Positions 9,201-17,618 of a stretch of DNA of 32,000 nt are shown piece by piece. Position 1 is the first letter of the stretch, and each line of letters starts with the position of its first letter. This DNA is from Longivirga aurantiaca (lineage in GTDB: Bacteria; Actinomycetota; Actinomycetes; S36-B12; CAIYMF01). The notes under the pieces are model-generated. The model was given only the letters and a program-made list of their open reading frames with translations, did no database searches and was not told the origin of the DNA. The position numbers were made by a program, and so were the translations under genes. Location of the stretch: NCBI RefSeq assembly GCF_042660085.1, contig NZ_JBHSTI010000008.1, positions 360,001-392,000 of the forward strand, read 5' to 3'.

Positions 9201-9875
9201 TCAGCGGCTCGCGGCGTCGAGGAACGCGAGCACCAGCGGGTGCACGGACCCGCCGTCGAGCGAGGTCATCTGGGGCTGGAACAGCGTGCCCAGGTAGAAC
9301 GGGTGGCCCTCGAGCTCGACCGCTTCGACCCCGGCGTCCGGGGCGAAGGCCGAGAACGTGAGCCCTGCCTCCACGAGCATGTCGCGGTAGCGGAGGTTCA
9401 CGCCGTAGCTGCAGAAGTGGAAGCCGTCGAACGGCTCGAGCCCGCAGATCCCCGCCATCCGTGTGCCGGGCACCGCGGTCACCGGCCGGACCTCGCCCAC
9501 GAGGCTGCAGGCGAGCGCCGCGACCACCACCTGCTCGGCGTCGGGCTCGGTCTCCTGGTGCCCGGCCTCGTGCACGCCGATGTGGTTGCGGGCGAACTCG
9601 AGCACGAGGTGCTGGAACCCGCCGCACGTGCCCAGGGTCGCGAGCCCGTTCTCGCGCCGGTGGCGAAGGACGGCGTGGACGGCGTCCTCGTCGGCGTACG
9701 GCGTGCCCGGCACGGCCCACACGCCGTCGGCGTCGGCCAGCGCGGGGTCGTCGGTCCGCGTGGTCGGCACCCAGGCGAGGGTCGCGTCGGGCGCGAGCCT
9801 GTCGACGAGGACGTCGAGGGCACGGTGGGTCACGAAGGCCGGGTCGCGGTCGCCGAGCAGCGCGATCGAGGTCAC
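9201..9875 (-). CDS. Stand-alone class-I glutamine amidotransferase-like protein related to the CTP synthase C-terminal domain
   Basis: MTSIALLGDRDPAFVTHRALD...DGVWAVPGTPY...LGTCGGFQHLVLEFARNHIGV (Cys at nucleophile position), C-terminal VELEGHPFYLGTLFQPQMTSLDG. Confidence 0.8.
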   Translation of the reverse strand: MTSIALLGDRDPAFVTHRALDVLVDRLAPDATLAWVPTTRTDDPALADADGVWAVPGTPYADEDAVHAVLRHRRENGLATLGTCGGFQHLVLEFARNHIGVHEAGHQETEPDAEQVVVAALACSLVGEVRPVTAVPGTRMAGICGLEPFDGFHFCSYGVNLRYRDMLVEAGLTFSAFAPDAGVEAVELEGHPFYLGTLFQPQMTSLDGGSVHPLVLAFLDAASR

Positions 9876-9894
9876 GAGTCCGCCGTCGGTCGCG

Positions 9895-10365
9895 TCACGT
9901 GCCCGGGTTGACGAGCTGGCAGGCGTCGCCGAAGGCCCGCGCGCTGGAGACGACCTTGGCCTGGTCGGCGAACTCGACGGCCTCGAGCACGGCGTCGGCC
10001 TTCTGGGCGAGGCCGGAGCCGTCGTCGACGTACTCGGCCCGCGCCTGCTCGGCGATGGTCCTCCCTTCGGCCAGCTGCTCCGGAGCGACCTGCCCGATGA
10101 AGCCCGCGGCGAGCCCGAGCACCGTTCCGCACAGCTGGAACGCCGCGATCGCGGGCGGCACCGACGTGGTCGGACCGAGCGTGGGCTCCTCGCTGGCCGT
10201 CTCGGAGGGGGTGTCCGACGCGCTCGGCGATGCCGGTGCGCTCGACGTGGCCGCAGCGGACGACGACCCGGGTGCGGACGACGTGGCGACGGGGTCGGTG
10301 CCGCCGGTGCACGCGGTCACGGTGAGAAGCAGCAGGGCTGCTGCCGCGATGGCTCTCGTGCGCAC
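9895..10365 (-). CDS. Putative secreted lipoprotein
   Basis: GTG start; VRTRAIAAAALLLLTVTAC lipobox followed by Ser/Ala/Pro-rich linker. Confidence 0.7.
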   Translation of the reverse strand: MRTRAIAAAALLLLTVTACTGGTDPVATSSAPGSSSAAATSSAPASPSASDTPSETASEEPTLGPTTSVPPAIAAFQLCGTVLGLAAGFIGQVAPEQLAEGRTIAEQARAEYVDDGSGLAQKADAVLEAVEFADQAKVVSSARAFGDACQLVNPGT

Positions 10366-10425
10366 GTCGTCCTCCCGGGGTCTCGCACCGAGGCTAGGCG
10401 ACGGCCGGCCGGTACGGTGCACCGC

Positions 10426-11358
10426 ATGGCCGCCTCGCCCTCCGTCGCGCCGGCGACGGGAGCGGTGCTCCGCTCGGGGCTGGTCTGGGCGTTCGTCGGC
10501 GTGCTGCTGTTCTCGATGTCGGTGCCGATGACGAAGGTGGCGGTCGGCGGCTTCGACCCATTCTTCACGGCCGCGGGTCGTGCCGTGATCGCCGGCGCTC
10601 TTGCCCTGGTGCTGCTGGGGATCCGGCGGGTGCCCTTCCCCGAACGACGTCACCTCAAGCCGCTGCTGTTCACCATGCTCGGAGCTGTGTTCGGCTGGCC
10701 GATCCTCATCGCCCTGGCGCTGCAGCGCACCACGTCCGCGCACGTGGCCGTCATCGCCGCCTTCATGCCGTTGACCACGGCGCTGTTCGCGGTGCTGCGG
10801 CACCGCGAGCGGGTGTCGGGCCAGTTCTGGCTCGCGGCCTGCGCCGGCACCGCGGCCCTCGTGGTCTTCGCGCTCAGTCGCGGAGGCGCGGACGGGGCCG
10901 ACCTCACCGCAGACCTGCTCGTGGTCGGAGCGGTCCTCGCGTCGTCGTGGTGCTACGTCGAGGGCGCCGCCGTCAGCCGCGAGGTGCCGGGGTGGCAGGT
11001 GATCTCGTGGGTCGTCGTGCTGGCCCTGCCCGTCACGGTGCCGTGGATGCTCGCGCTCTGGTTCACCGCGCAGACGGCGTACGACCCGACAGGCGTCGAG
11101 TGGCTCGCCCTCCTCGGGCTCGGCGTCTCGTCGATGTACCTCGGCTTCTTCGCGTGGTACCGGGGTCTCGCGCTCGCCGGCACTGCTCGCGGCGGTCAGG
11201 TGCAGCAGCTGCAGGCGCCGCTGACCCTGGTGTGGTCGGCATGGTGGCTCGGCGAGGCCGTCACGCTCGGCACCGTCCTCACGGCGCTCGTGGTGATCGC
11301 GTGCGTGGTCTGGGCCCAGCGCGCGCGACCCGCGACGGTGGTGGCACCGGAGGAGTGA
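10426..11358 (+). CDS. EamA/DMT superfamily transporter
   Basis: About 10 TM protein with two EamA-like halves: VWAFVGVLLFSMSVPMTKVAVGGFDPFFTAAGRAVIAG and GLALAGTARGGQVQQLQAPLTLVWSAWWLGEAVT. Confidence 0.9.
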   Translation: MAASPSVAPATGAVLRSGLVWAFVGVLLFSMSVPMTKVAVGGFDPFFTAAGRAVIAGALALVLLGIRRVPFPERRHLKPLLFTMLGAVFGWPILIALALQRTTSAHVAVIAAFMPLTTALFAVLRHRERVSGQFWLAACAGTAALVVFALSRGGADGADLTADLLVVGAVLASSWCYVEGAAVSREVPGWQVISWVVVLALPVTVPWMLALWFTAQTAYDPTGVEWLALLGLGVSSMYLGFFAWYRGLALAGTARGGQVQQLQAPLTLVWSAWWLGEAVTLGTVLTALVVIACVVWAQRARPATVVAPEE

Positions 11359-11360
11359 GC

Positions 11361-11387
11361 GCGGCGCGGGTCTGCAGGTCGCGCCGC
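11361..11387. terminator. GC-rich hairpin between convergent genes
   Basis: GCGGCGCG...CGCGCCGC, 8-bp arms, 2 nt after the EamA gene stop. Confidence 0.45.
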
Positions 11388-11429
11388 ATCCCGAGAGCCG
11401 TCGACGGCCGCGGCCGTGCCTCGGGATCG

Positions 11430-14078
11430 TCAGGTGGCCACGCCGGCGTCGGCGAGGGCCTTGGCGACGCCGCCGCGTGAGCGCACGCCGAGCTTGCGGT
11501 AGATACGGGTCAGGTGGGTCTCCACGGTCTTCACCGAGAGGAAGACCGTCGAGGCGATCTCGTTGTTGCTCAGGCCCTCCGCCACAGCAAGGGCGATGCG
11601 CAGCTCCTGAGGCGTCAGGCCGACCGTTGCGATCCTGGCGGGCGACGAGAGGCTCCCGCCTGCGGCTGCGAGCTCGCGCTCGGCGCGCTCAGCCCAGGGC
11701 GCAGCGTCGCTCCGGCGGAAGAGCTGCGTCGCCTCGGTCAGGGGTGCACGGGCGTCGGCGGGCCTTCGCGATCGTCGCAGCCACTCGCCCTGGAGGAGGA
11801 GTATCCGTGCGAGCTCCCAGGCGTTCGTGCCGAGGCGCCCGAGCCGCACAGCCTCGTCGAACCGCCGCTCGGTGTCGTCGGTCTGGGCGAGGGCGTGCCC
11901 GAGCTCGACCAGTGCCGCCGCCCGTCGCGACCCCAGGCCGCGGGACCGATGCTCGAGCTCGACGGCGATGCGTTGGGCTTCCCCGGTGCGTCCGAGCCCG
12001 CTGAGCACCTCCACCTTGAGCGCGAGCGACGCGAAGGCCACCCCCCGTGGCCGGGTCGACTGCAGGGCCTCGACGTCCGCCAGCTCGGCCAAGGCCTCCG
12101 CGTTGCGCCCCGATCGCAGGTGCAGGAGCGCGCGGCAGTAGCGGGCCTGGCGGGCCGTGTATCGGAAGTCGTCGATGTCGCATGCAGCCGCGAGCGCCTC
12201 GATCGCGATCTCCGCCTCGATGTCGTCACCTCGGCGCGACTCCACGATCGCGAGCAGCTCGTACACATCCGTGACGAGCCAACCCAGCGAAGGTGCGAGC
12301 GACAGCAGGTTGCGGAGGATGCCGGCCGCCTTGGCGTGCTGGGCGCGGTCCAGGGCTTCCTCTGCGTCGAAGCGATCGGCCAGAGCAGCCCAGCGAGGCT
12401 CTCGGGACCGACGGAAGAGCGAGCATGCGGTGCGTTTGCGGCTTGCCAGCGTTTCGCCGTCCCACGAGGCCTCGTCGAGCCACGCGGGCGCCATCAACCA
12501 GAGGGACAGGTACGGCAACGGCAGCTGCTCGGGGTCGACCTGCTCGCTGGCGACCAGCCCCTGACGCAGCAACGGGAGAGCGCGCTCATTCTGTCCGAGG
12601 AACTGCCACATCCCTCCCGGCATCAGCGAGTCGAGGCCGAGCGACCCTTCAGGGCCCCAGCTCTCGAGCATCTCGGCGGCACGCTGCACGCCGTCGTAGT
12701 CGAGCCGCTGCATGAGGATGTCCCCGTAGACCTCGACGAGCTCTCGTCCCGCCGGTCCGTTGCTGATCCACGTCAGCGACTCCCGGAACAGCCCGGTCTG
12801 CTCCTGGCCCGTCAGGTGCTCCTCGCCCAGCACGATCGCGGCACGTGCTCGTAGCTCCGGGTCGGAGCAGCGCTCGACGACCTCGCGGGCCGCTCGGGCG
12901 GACGAGGCCCGGAACCGGTCGAGCTCGAGGGACAGCACCAGCCGTCGCCAGCGCGCGTCAGGGAGGGGGGACAGGGCTGCCGCCTGCGCGGCGAGGGCCC
13001 CTGCCGCCGCTGTGCCGCGCCTCGCCGCGACGTCGGGGACCATGGCCTCCAGCCCCGCGGCCAGGTCCTCGTCCGGGCCGACTGCTGCGAGGGCGGAATG
13101 CCGCAGCATCAGCTCGGCGTCGTCCAGCTCGCGATGGACCTCGGCCAGCAGCCTGTGCGCGGCACGGCGCTCGGCCTCCGTCGCGGACCAGTGCACCGCA
13201 GCGCGGACAAGAGGGTGGCGGAAGCGGAGCTCGGCGCCCGGGAGCAGCAGCCCAGCATCGACGGCGGGCTCGAGGTCGCGCGGCGAGAGCTCGGCGCGCA
13301 GGAGCGCCCGCGCCAGCACCGTGGTGTCGCCGGAGTCCTCGGAGGAGGCGATCACGAGGGCTCGTCGTGCGGGTGCCGGGAGCGCGTCGACCCCTCGTGC
13401 GTAGTGCGCCGATACCGACCGTCCGACCGGCAGCGTGGGGGGCAGCGGCGCCGCTCCGCTCATCACCTCGGGTGCGAGGAGCGCGGGGGCCTCGACGAGG
13501 GCGAGGGGCACGTCCCCGAGCGAGGCGGCCAGCTCGTACGCGACCTCGGGCGGGGTCGAGGGCGAGACCGTGAGCAAGAGCGCCGCAGCCTCCGCCCGCG
13601 GCAGCGCCTCGACTGCGAGGTGCTCGATCTCGGGCAGGCGCGGCGGGTCATCGATCTCGGGCCGGGCCGCGAGCAGCAGCGCGACCGCGTCGTCGAGGAG
13701 CCGCCGCGCCGCGAAGCGCAGAGCTGCGAGGGATGCCTCGTCGAGCCACTGCACGTCGTCGACGACGAGCGCCAGCGGCTGCAGGGCCGCTGCCTCGCTC
13801 ACCGAGCTGAGCAGCGTCCATGGATCTGCGAGGTTGCCTTCCCCGAGCAGCGGGCGCAGCAGCGACAGGCCAGACCCGGAGATTCCTGACTCGGACTCGA
13901 CCGCGGTGATCCTGAACGTCGTCATGCCGGCTGCGCGGGCCGTCGCCTCGCCGTGGTCGAGCAGGGTCGTCTTGCCGATCCCGGGGAGCCCGACCAGGAG
14001 CAGCGCACCCGCGCGTCCGGAGCGCGCGGTCGCCAGCAGGTCGTCCACGGCCTGCTTCTCGTGCTCCCGTCCCATCAT
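11430..14078 (-). CDS. LAL-type (large ATP-binding) LuxR family transcriptional regulator
   Basis: N-terminal MMGREHEKQAVDDLLATARSGRAGALLLVGLPGIGKTTLLD (Walker A), LALVVDDVQWLDE (Walker B), TPR-like middle, C-terminal LTPQELRIALAVAEGLSNNEIASTVFLSVKTVETHLTRIYRKLGVRSR. Confidence 0.93.
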   Translation of the reverse strand: MMGREHEKQAVDDLLATARSGRAGALLLVGLPGIGKTTLLDHGEATARAAGMTTFRITAVESESGISGSGLSLLRPLLGEGNLADPWTLLSSVSEAAALQPLALVVDDVQWLDEASLAALRFAARRLLDDAVALLLAARPEIDDPPRLPEIEHLAVEALPRAEAAALLLTVSPSTPPEVAYELAASLGDVPLALVEAPALLAPEVMSGAAPLPPTLPVGRSVSAHYARGVDALPAPARRALVIASSEDSGDTTVLARALLRAELSPRDLEPAVDAGLLLPGAELRFRHPLVRAAVHWSATEAERRAAHRLLAEVHRELDDAELMLRHSALAAVGPDEDLAAGLEAMVPDVAARRGTAAAGALAAQAAALSPLPDARWRRLVLSLELDRFRASSARAAREVVERCSDPELRARAAIVLGEEHLTGQEQTGLFRESLTWISNGPAGRELVEVYGDILMQRLDYDGVQRAAEMLESWGPEGSLGLDSLMPGGMWQFLGQNERALPLLRQGLVASEQVDPEQLPLPYLSLWLMAPAWLDEASWDGETLASRKRTACSLFRRSREPRWAALADRFDAEEALDRAQHAKAAGILRNLLSLAPSLGWLVTDVYELLAIVESRRGDDIEAEIAIEALAAACDIDDFRYTARQARYCRALLHLRSGRNAEALAELADVEALQSTRPRGVAFASLALKVEVLSGLGRTGEAQRIAVELEHRSRGLGSRRAAALVELGHALAQTDDTERRFDEAVRLGRLGTNAWELARILLLQGEWLRRSRRPADARAPLTEATQLFRRSDAAPWAERAERELAAAGGSLSSPARIATVGLTPQELRIALAVAEGLSNNEIASTVFLSVKTVETHLTRIYRKLGVRSRGGVAKALADAGVAT

Positions 14079-14132
14079 CACCAGCACACCGTCGCACCGC
14101 CGGGGCGTGAGCGGGAGACGTCTGGCGAAGGT

Positions 14133-14156
14133 AGGGGGATTTCCCTGATACCCCCT
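14133..14156. promoter_or_regulatory. Dyad AGGGGG-N12-CCCCCT in the LuxR/repeat-protein divergent intergenic region, candidate regulator site
   Basis: Arms 14133-14138 and 14151-14156, with an inner GGGA-TT-TCCC dyad; located upstream of TAGCGT (14172-14177), a plausible -10 for the gene at 14223. Confidence 0.45.
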
Positions 14157-14222
14157 CCTCGCCGCCGTCCCTAGCGTTCGAGATGTCGGGAAACGGCCCG
14201 GCACCCGAACCTGGAGGACCCG

Positions 14223-14747
14223 ATGACCACGCAGACGATCTCCGCGATCAGCACCCCGTCCCGTCGCGCCCTCGCGCTCGGCGCCGCCGTATCCCTCACC
14301 GTCGCGGCCCTCCTCATCGGGGCGATCGCCGGCGCAGGTGCCGCGGCCTGGTGGCAGTCCCGCACCGCCGCCGCCGCCACGACGACCACCGCCCTCGTGG
14401 TGCCCCGCACCGCGCTGGACCCCGCGACCCACCACTACGGCGCCCGCGCCGCGCAGTTCGAGGCAGCCCCCGCTCTCGCCACCGCCGCCGCCGCCCCGGT
14501 CGCCGTCGCCCGCCCGGCGCTGGACCCCGCGACCCACCACTACGGCGCCCGGGCGACGCAGCTCGAGGCCGTGCCGGCACTCGCCGCGACGGGCACCGTG
14601 CTGCGCACCCCGGTCGACCCCGAGAGCCGCTTCTACGGCCGCACCCGCCTCGCCCGCACGTCGTCTCCCGACGTGGTGGCGCCGGTCGCTGCCGCTCAGG
14701 TGAGCACCCCCGAGACGCACCTCTACGGGGCGCGCTCGGGGTCCTGA
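14223..14747 (+). CDS. Small membrane-anchored or secreted protein with four DPxTxxYGAR-type repeats
   Basis: 174 aa; TM/signal ALALGAAVSLTVAALLIGAIAGAGAAAWW; repeats at residues 66-75 DPATHHYGAR, 101-110 DPATHHYGAR, 132-141 DPESRFYGRT, 162-171 TPETHLYGAR; RBS-like ctggagga upstream. Confidence 0.75.
   Translation: MTTQTISAISTPSRRALALGAAVSLTVAALLIGAIAGAGAAAWWQSRTAAAATTTTALVVPRTALDPATHHYGARAAQFEAAPALATAAAAPVAVARPALDPATHHYGARATQLEAVPALAATGTVLRTPVDPESRFYGRTRLARTSSPDVVAPVAAAQVSTPETHLYGARSGS
14412..14551 (+). repeat. Two identical 35-bp units within the small repeat-protein gene, 105-bp spacing
   Basis: gcgctggaccccgcgacccaccactacggcgcccg at 14412-14446 and 14517-14551. Confidence 0.9.
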
Positions 14748-14762
14748 GCGACTCGACCATCT

Positions 14763-14797
14763 GCGGGAGCCGGCGCCGACGGGGCGCCGGCTCCCGC
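14763..14797 (+). terminator. Strong hairpin downstream of the repeat-protein gene
   Basis: GCGGGAGCCGGCGCC-GACGG-GGCGCCGGCTCCCGC, 15-bp perfect arms. Confidence 0.85.
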
Positions 14798-14874
14798 TCG
14801 TGCGTGCGCGGGCGGCCCGCTGGTGCGGATACGTTGTCTGTCGAAGAGGGGACCCCGTCACGGTCGGAGGACGC

Positions 14875-15645
14875 GTGGGCTCGTCATACGTCCCGCCGCA
14901 GCATGGCGCGTGGGCATTCCTGGCGCTGCCCGTCATGCTGGGGGTGCTCGTCACGCCGTGGACGCCGCTCATCCTGCTGCTCGCCCTCGCCTGGGTCGCG
15001 GTCTACCCGCTGTCGTACGCCGCTTTCGGGCTGGCCCGTGCGCGACGCGCGACCCGCTTCCGCCGGCCGCTCGCGGTCTGGGCGGTCGTCACGCTCGTGC
15101 CGGCGATCGCGCTGGTCGTCGCTCTCCCGTGGCTCGCGTGGGTCGGCGCGGCGTACGCCGTGTTCTTCCTCGTCAACCTCCAGTACGCACGACGGAACGA
15201 CGAGCGCGCGCTGACCAACGACCTGGTGTTCGTGTTCGAGTGCGCCGCGATGGTGCTGGTGACCTGGGCGGTCGGCGTCGGAGAGCAATCGCTCGTGCCG
15301 CCGCCCGTGGTCGACGTTCCGATCGAGGTGTGGGTTCTCGTCGCGGTGACGGCGCTCTCGCTCACGGGGTCGACGCTGCACGTGAAGTCGCTCATCCGGG
15401 AGCGGCGCGACCCGCGGTTCAGTCGCGCCTCGCAGACGTTCGCCGTGCTCTCCGTCGTCGCGGCGGGCGCACTGGCCGTGGCGTGGGGCCTCCCGTCCGG
15501 CTGGTGGCTCGTGGTGCCCTTCGTGCTGCTCGCGATCCGTGCGTTCCTCGTCGGCCGTCGGCCCCGCAAGCCGATGGTCATCGGCCTCGTGGAGCTCGCG
15601 GGCCTCGTCGCCGTCTGGATCGGCGCGCTGCTCGCGAGCATCTGA
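14875..15645 (+). CDS. YwiC-like family membrane protein
   Basis: VGSSYVPPQHGAWAFLALPVMLGVL...; PQHGAWAF motif and multiple TMs; ggtcggagg upstream of GTG. Confidence 0.85.
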   Translation: MGSSYVPPQHGAWAFLALPVMLGVLVTPWTPLILLLALAWVAVYPLSYAAFGLARARRATRFRRPLAVWAVVTLVPAIALVVALPWLAWVGAAYAVFFLVNLQYARRNDERALTNDLVFVFECAAMVLVTWAVGVGEQSLVPPPVVDVPIEVWVLVAVTALSLTGSTLHVKSLIRERRDPRFSRASQTFAVLSVVAAGALAVAWGLPSGWWLVVPFVLLAIRAFLVGRRPRKPMVIGLVELAGLVAVWIGALLASI

Positions 15646-15703
15646 CGCGCCAGCGGTCCGAACCCGCACGACCGGCAGCAGGTCGCGCTGCCAGACTGCC
15701 GCC

Positions 15704-16345
15704 GTGGACATCCTCTCCGTGCTGCCGGCGTTCCTCGTGGTGGTGCTCGTGATGGCGGCCAGCCCCGGCCCCGCGATGGCGCTGATCCTGCAGCGCGCGG
15801 GCCTCCACGGCTTCCGCGCCGCGGTGCCCACAGTGCTCGGGGTCGAGCTCGGGCTGTTCCTGTGGGCTCTCGCGGCCGGGCTCGGGCTCGCCGCCCTGAT
15901 CGCCGCCAGCGAGACGGCGTTCCTGGTGCTCAAGGTGGTCGGCGCGGTGTTCCTCGTGTACCTCGGCGTGAAGGCGATCCGGTCGGGCTGGGCCCTCCGC
16001 GACCGCAGCGGCGTCGAGCCGATGCCCGCACCTCCGAAGCCGCACTCCGACCGTGGCGCGTTCGCCGAGGGCCTGATCGTGCAGCTGGCCAACCCCAAGG
16101 CGGCGGCGTTCACCTTCGCGTTCTACCCGCAGTTCATCCCGCACGAAGGCCCGGTGCTGGCGACGACGCTCGTCCTCGCCACGATCCAGGTGGTGATCGA
16201 GACGGCTCTCTACCTCGGTCTCGCCGCCGCCGTCGGGAGCGCGTCGGTGTGGTTCAGCCGCACGAGGATCCGACGCCGCATCGACTACATCAGCGGATCG
16301 GTGCTGATCCTGCTCGGCCTGCGCGTCGCCACCGCGTCGCGCTGA
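15704..16345 (+). CDS. LysE family translocator (amino-acid exporter)
   Basis: VDILSVLPAFLVVVLVMAASPGPAMALILQRAGLHGFRAAVPTVLGVELGLFLW; LysE/RhtB signature and TM pattern. Confidence 0.88.
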   Translation: MDILSVLPAFLVVVLVMAASPGPAMALILQRAGLHGFRAAVPTVLGVELGLFLWALAAGLGLAALIAASETAFLVLKVVGAVFLVYLGVKAIRSGWALRDRSGVEPMPAPPKPHSDRGAFAEGLIVQLANPKAAAFTFAFYPQFIPHEGPVLATTLVLATIQVVIETALYLGLAAAVGSASVWFSRTRIRRRIDYISGSVLILLGLRVATASR

Positions 16346-16367
16346 CCCCATCCGAAGGGCGCTGGCA

Positions 16368-16868
16368 ATGGCCACAACCGAGGACGTGCTGCTCGCGGAC
16401 GAGCGAGCGACGCTCCAGGCGTTCGTCGACGACCAGCGGCGCGAGATCGCGTCGCTGCTCGACGGTGTCTCCGAGGAGGAGGCGCGTCGCAGCCTCGTGC
16501 CGTCGCTCACCACCCTCGCGTCGATCGTGAAGCACTGCGCCTTCGTCGAGAGGGTGTGGTTCCAGGTGGGGCTCGCCGGTCGCACCCGCGCCGGGCTCGG
16601 GCTCCCCGACGACGTCGACGACAGCTTCGTGCTCGACGACGCCGACACCGTCGAGTCGCTGCTGGCGGACTACGCCGAGGCATGTGCGGAGTCGGACCGC
16701 ATCGCCTCGGGCCACAGCCTCGACGACCTCGTGCTGCACAACCGCCGCAGCCCGCTCACGCTCCGCTGGGTCTACGCGCACATGATCCGCGAGCTCGCCC
16801 GGCATGCCGGTCACGGCGACATCCTGCGCGAGCAGATCGAGGCTGCCCGCGGTCGGCAGGACCCGTGA
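16368..16868 (+). CDS. DinB family protein (DUF664-like)
   Basis: [36 protein letters not shown]...[28 protein letters not shown]-like C-terminus with conserved His residues. Confidence 0.88.
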   Translation: [166 protein letters not shown]

Positions 16869-17587
16869 CCGAGCAGAGCGCCGGACCGCTGCCTGCAGTT
16901 CTCGCCGGGGCAGCCATCGACGACGAGGTGCACGCGCTGGTGCCCGGCTACCGCGCCCTGCTGATCGCGGCCACCGGCGTGCGGGGCGGTCCCAGCGACG
17001 AGCGCAGCGACGCCGCGCTGCGCAGCGCCGAGGGCTCGGCGCGGGCCCGTCTCGACGGGGGAGCGCCCGAGTCGCTTCCCGAGATCGCGGCGTGGCGCGA
17101 CGCATTCCTCGCGTTCGGCGTGAAGCCCCGGCAGGCGCGCAGCAGCGTCGAGGCCCTCGTACGCCGGGTCGACGCCGGGCTCCCGCGCATCGACCGGCTC
17201 ACCGATCTCTACAACGCCGTCTCGGTGGAGCACCTCATCCCGATCGGTGGCGAGAACCTCGCCCGCTACGCCGGGCCGCCGCGACTCGTGCGCGCGGTCG
17301 GTGACGAGCCGTTCGACACCGTCGCCGACGGCGAGCTCGTCACGGTGAGCGCGGACCCGGGCGAGGTCCTGTGGCGCGACGACCTCGGCGCCACGTGCCG
17401 GCGCTGGAACTGGCGGCAGTGCGTCCGCACCCGCCTGGACCCGACGACGACCGACGTCCTGTTCATCCTCGACGGGCTCGACCCGCTCGACGCCGGCCGG
17501 CTGCACGCGGCGGGCGAGGCGCTCGTCGAGCACCTGCGCGCCGACGCCCCCGCCGTGGAGGTGTCATGGCGCCTCCTCGACTCGTGA
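16865..17587 (+). CDS. Stand-alone B3/B4 (PheT editing-domain-like) tRNA-binding domain protein
   Basis: GTG start overlapping the DinB stop; WRDAFLAFGVKPRQARSSVEALVRRVDAGLPRIDRLTDLYNAVSVEHLIPIGGENLARYAG. Confidence 0.85.
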   Translation: MTEQSAGPLPAVLAGAAIDDEVHALVPGYRALLIAATGVRGGPSDERSDAALRSAEGSARARLDGGAPESLPEIAAWRDAFLAFGVKPRQARSSVEALVRRVDAGLPRIDRLTDLYNAVSVEHLIPIGGENLARYAGPPRLVRAVGDEPFDTVADGELVTVSADPGEVLWRDDLGATCRRWNWRQCVRTRLDPTTTDVLFILDGLDPLDAGRLHAAGEALVEHLRADAPAVEVSWRLLDS

Positions 17588-17618
17588 GCACCGAGCAGAC
17601 CGAGTGCCGGAGGCCCTC

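Noticed and set aside
11514-12854. 446-aa + strand ORF and other + ORFs across 11.5-14.1 kb
   Set aside because: Antisense to the LAL-LuxR gene, with low-complexity composition typical of high-GC shadow ORFs.
14412-14551. Spaced identical repeats as a CRISPR-like array
   Set aside because: Only two identical 35-bp units, both inside an intact reading frame encoding the same peptide, with no cas genes. They are protein repeats, not a CRISPR array.
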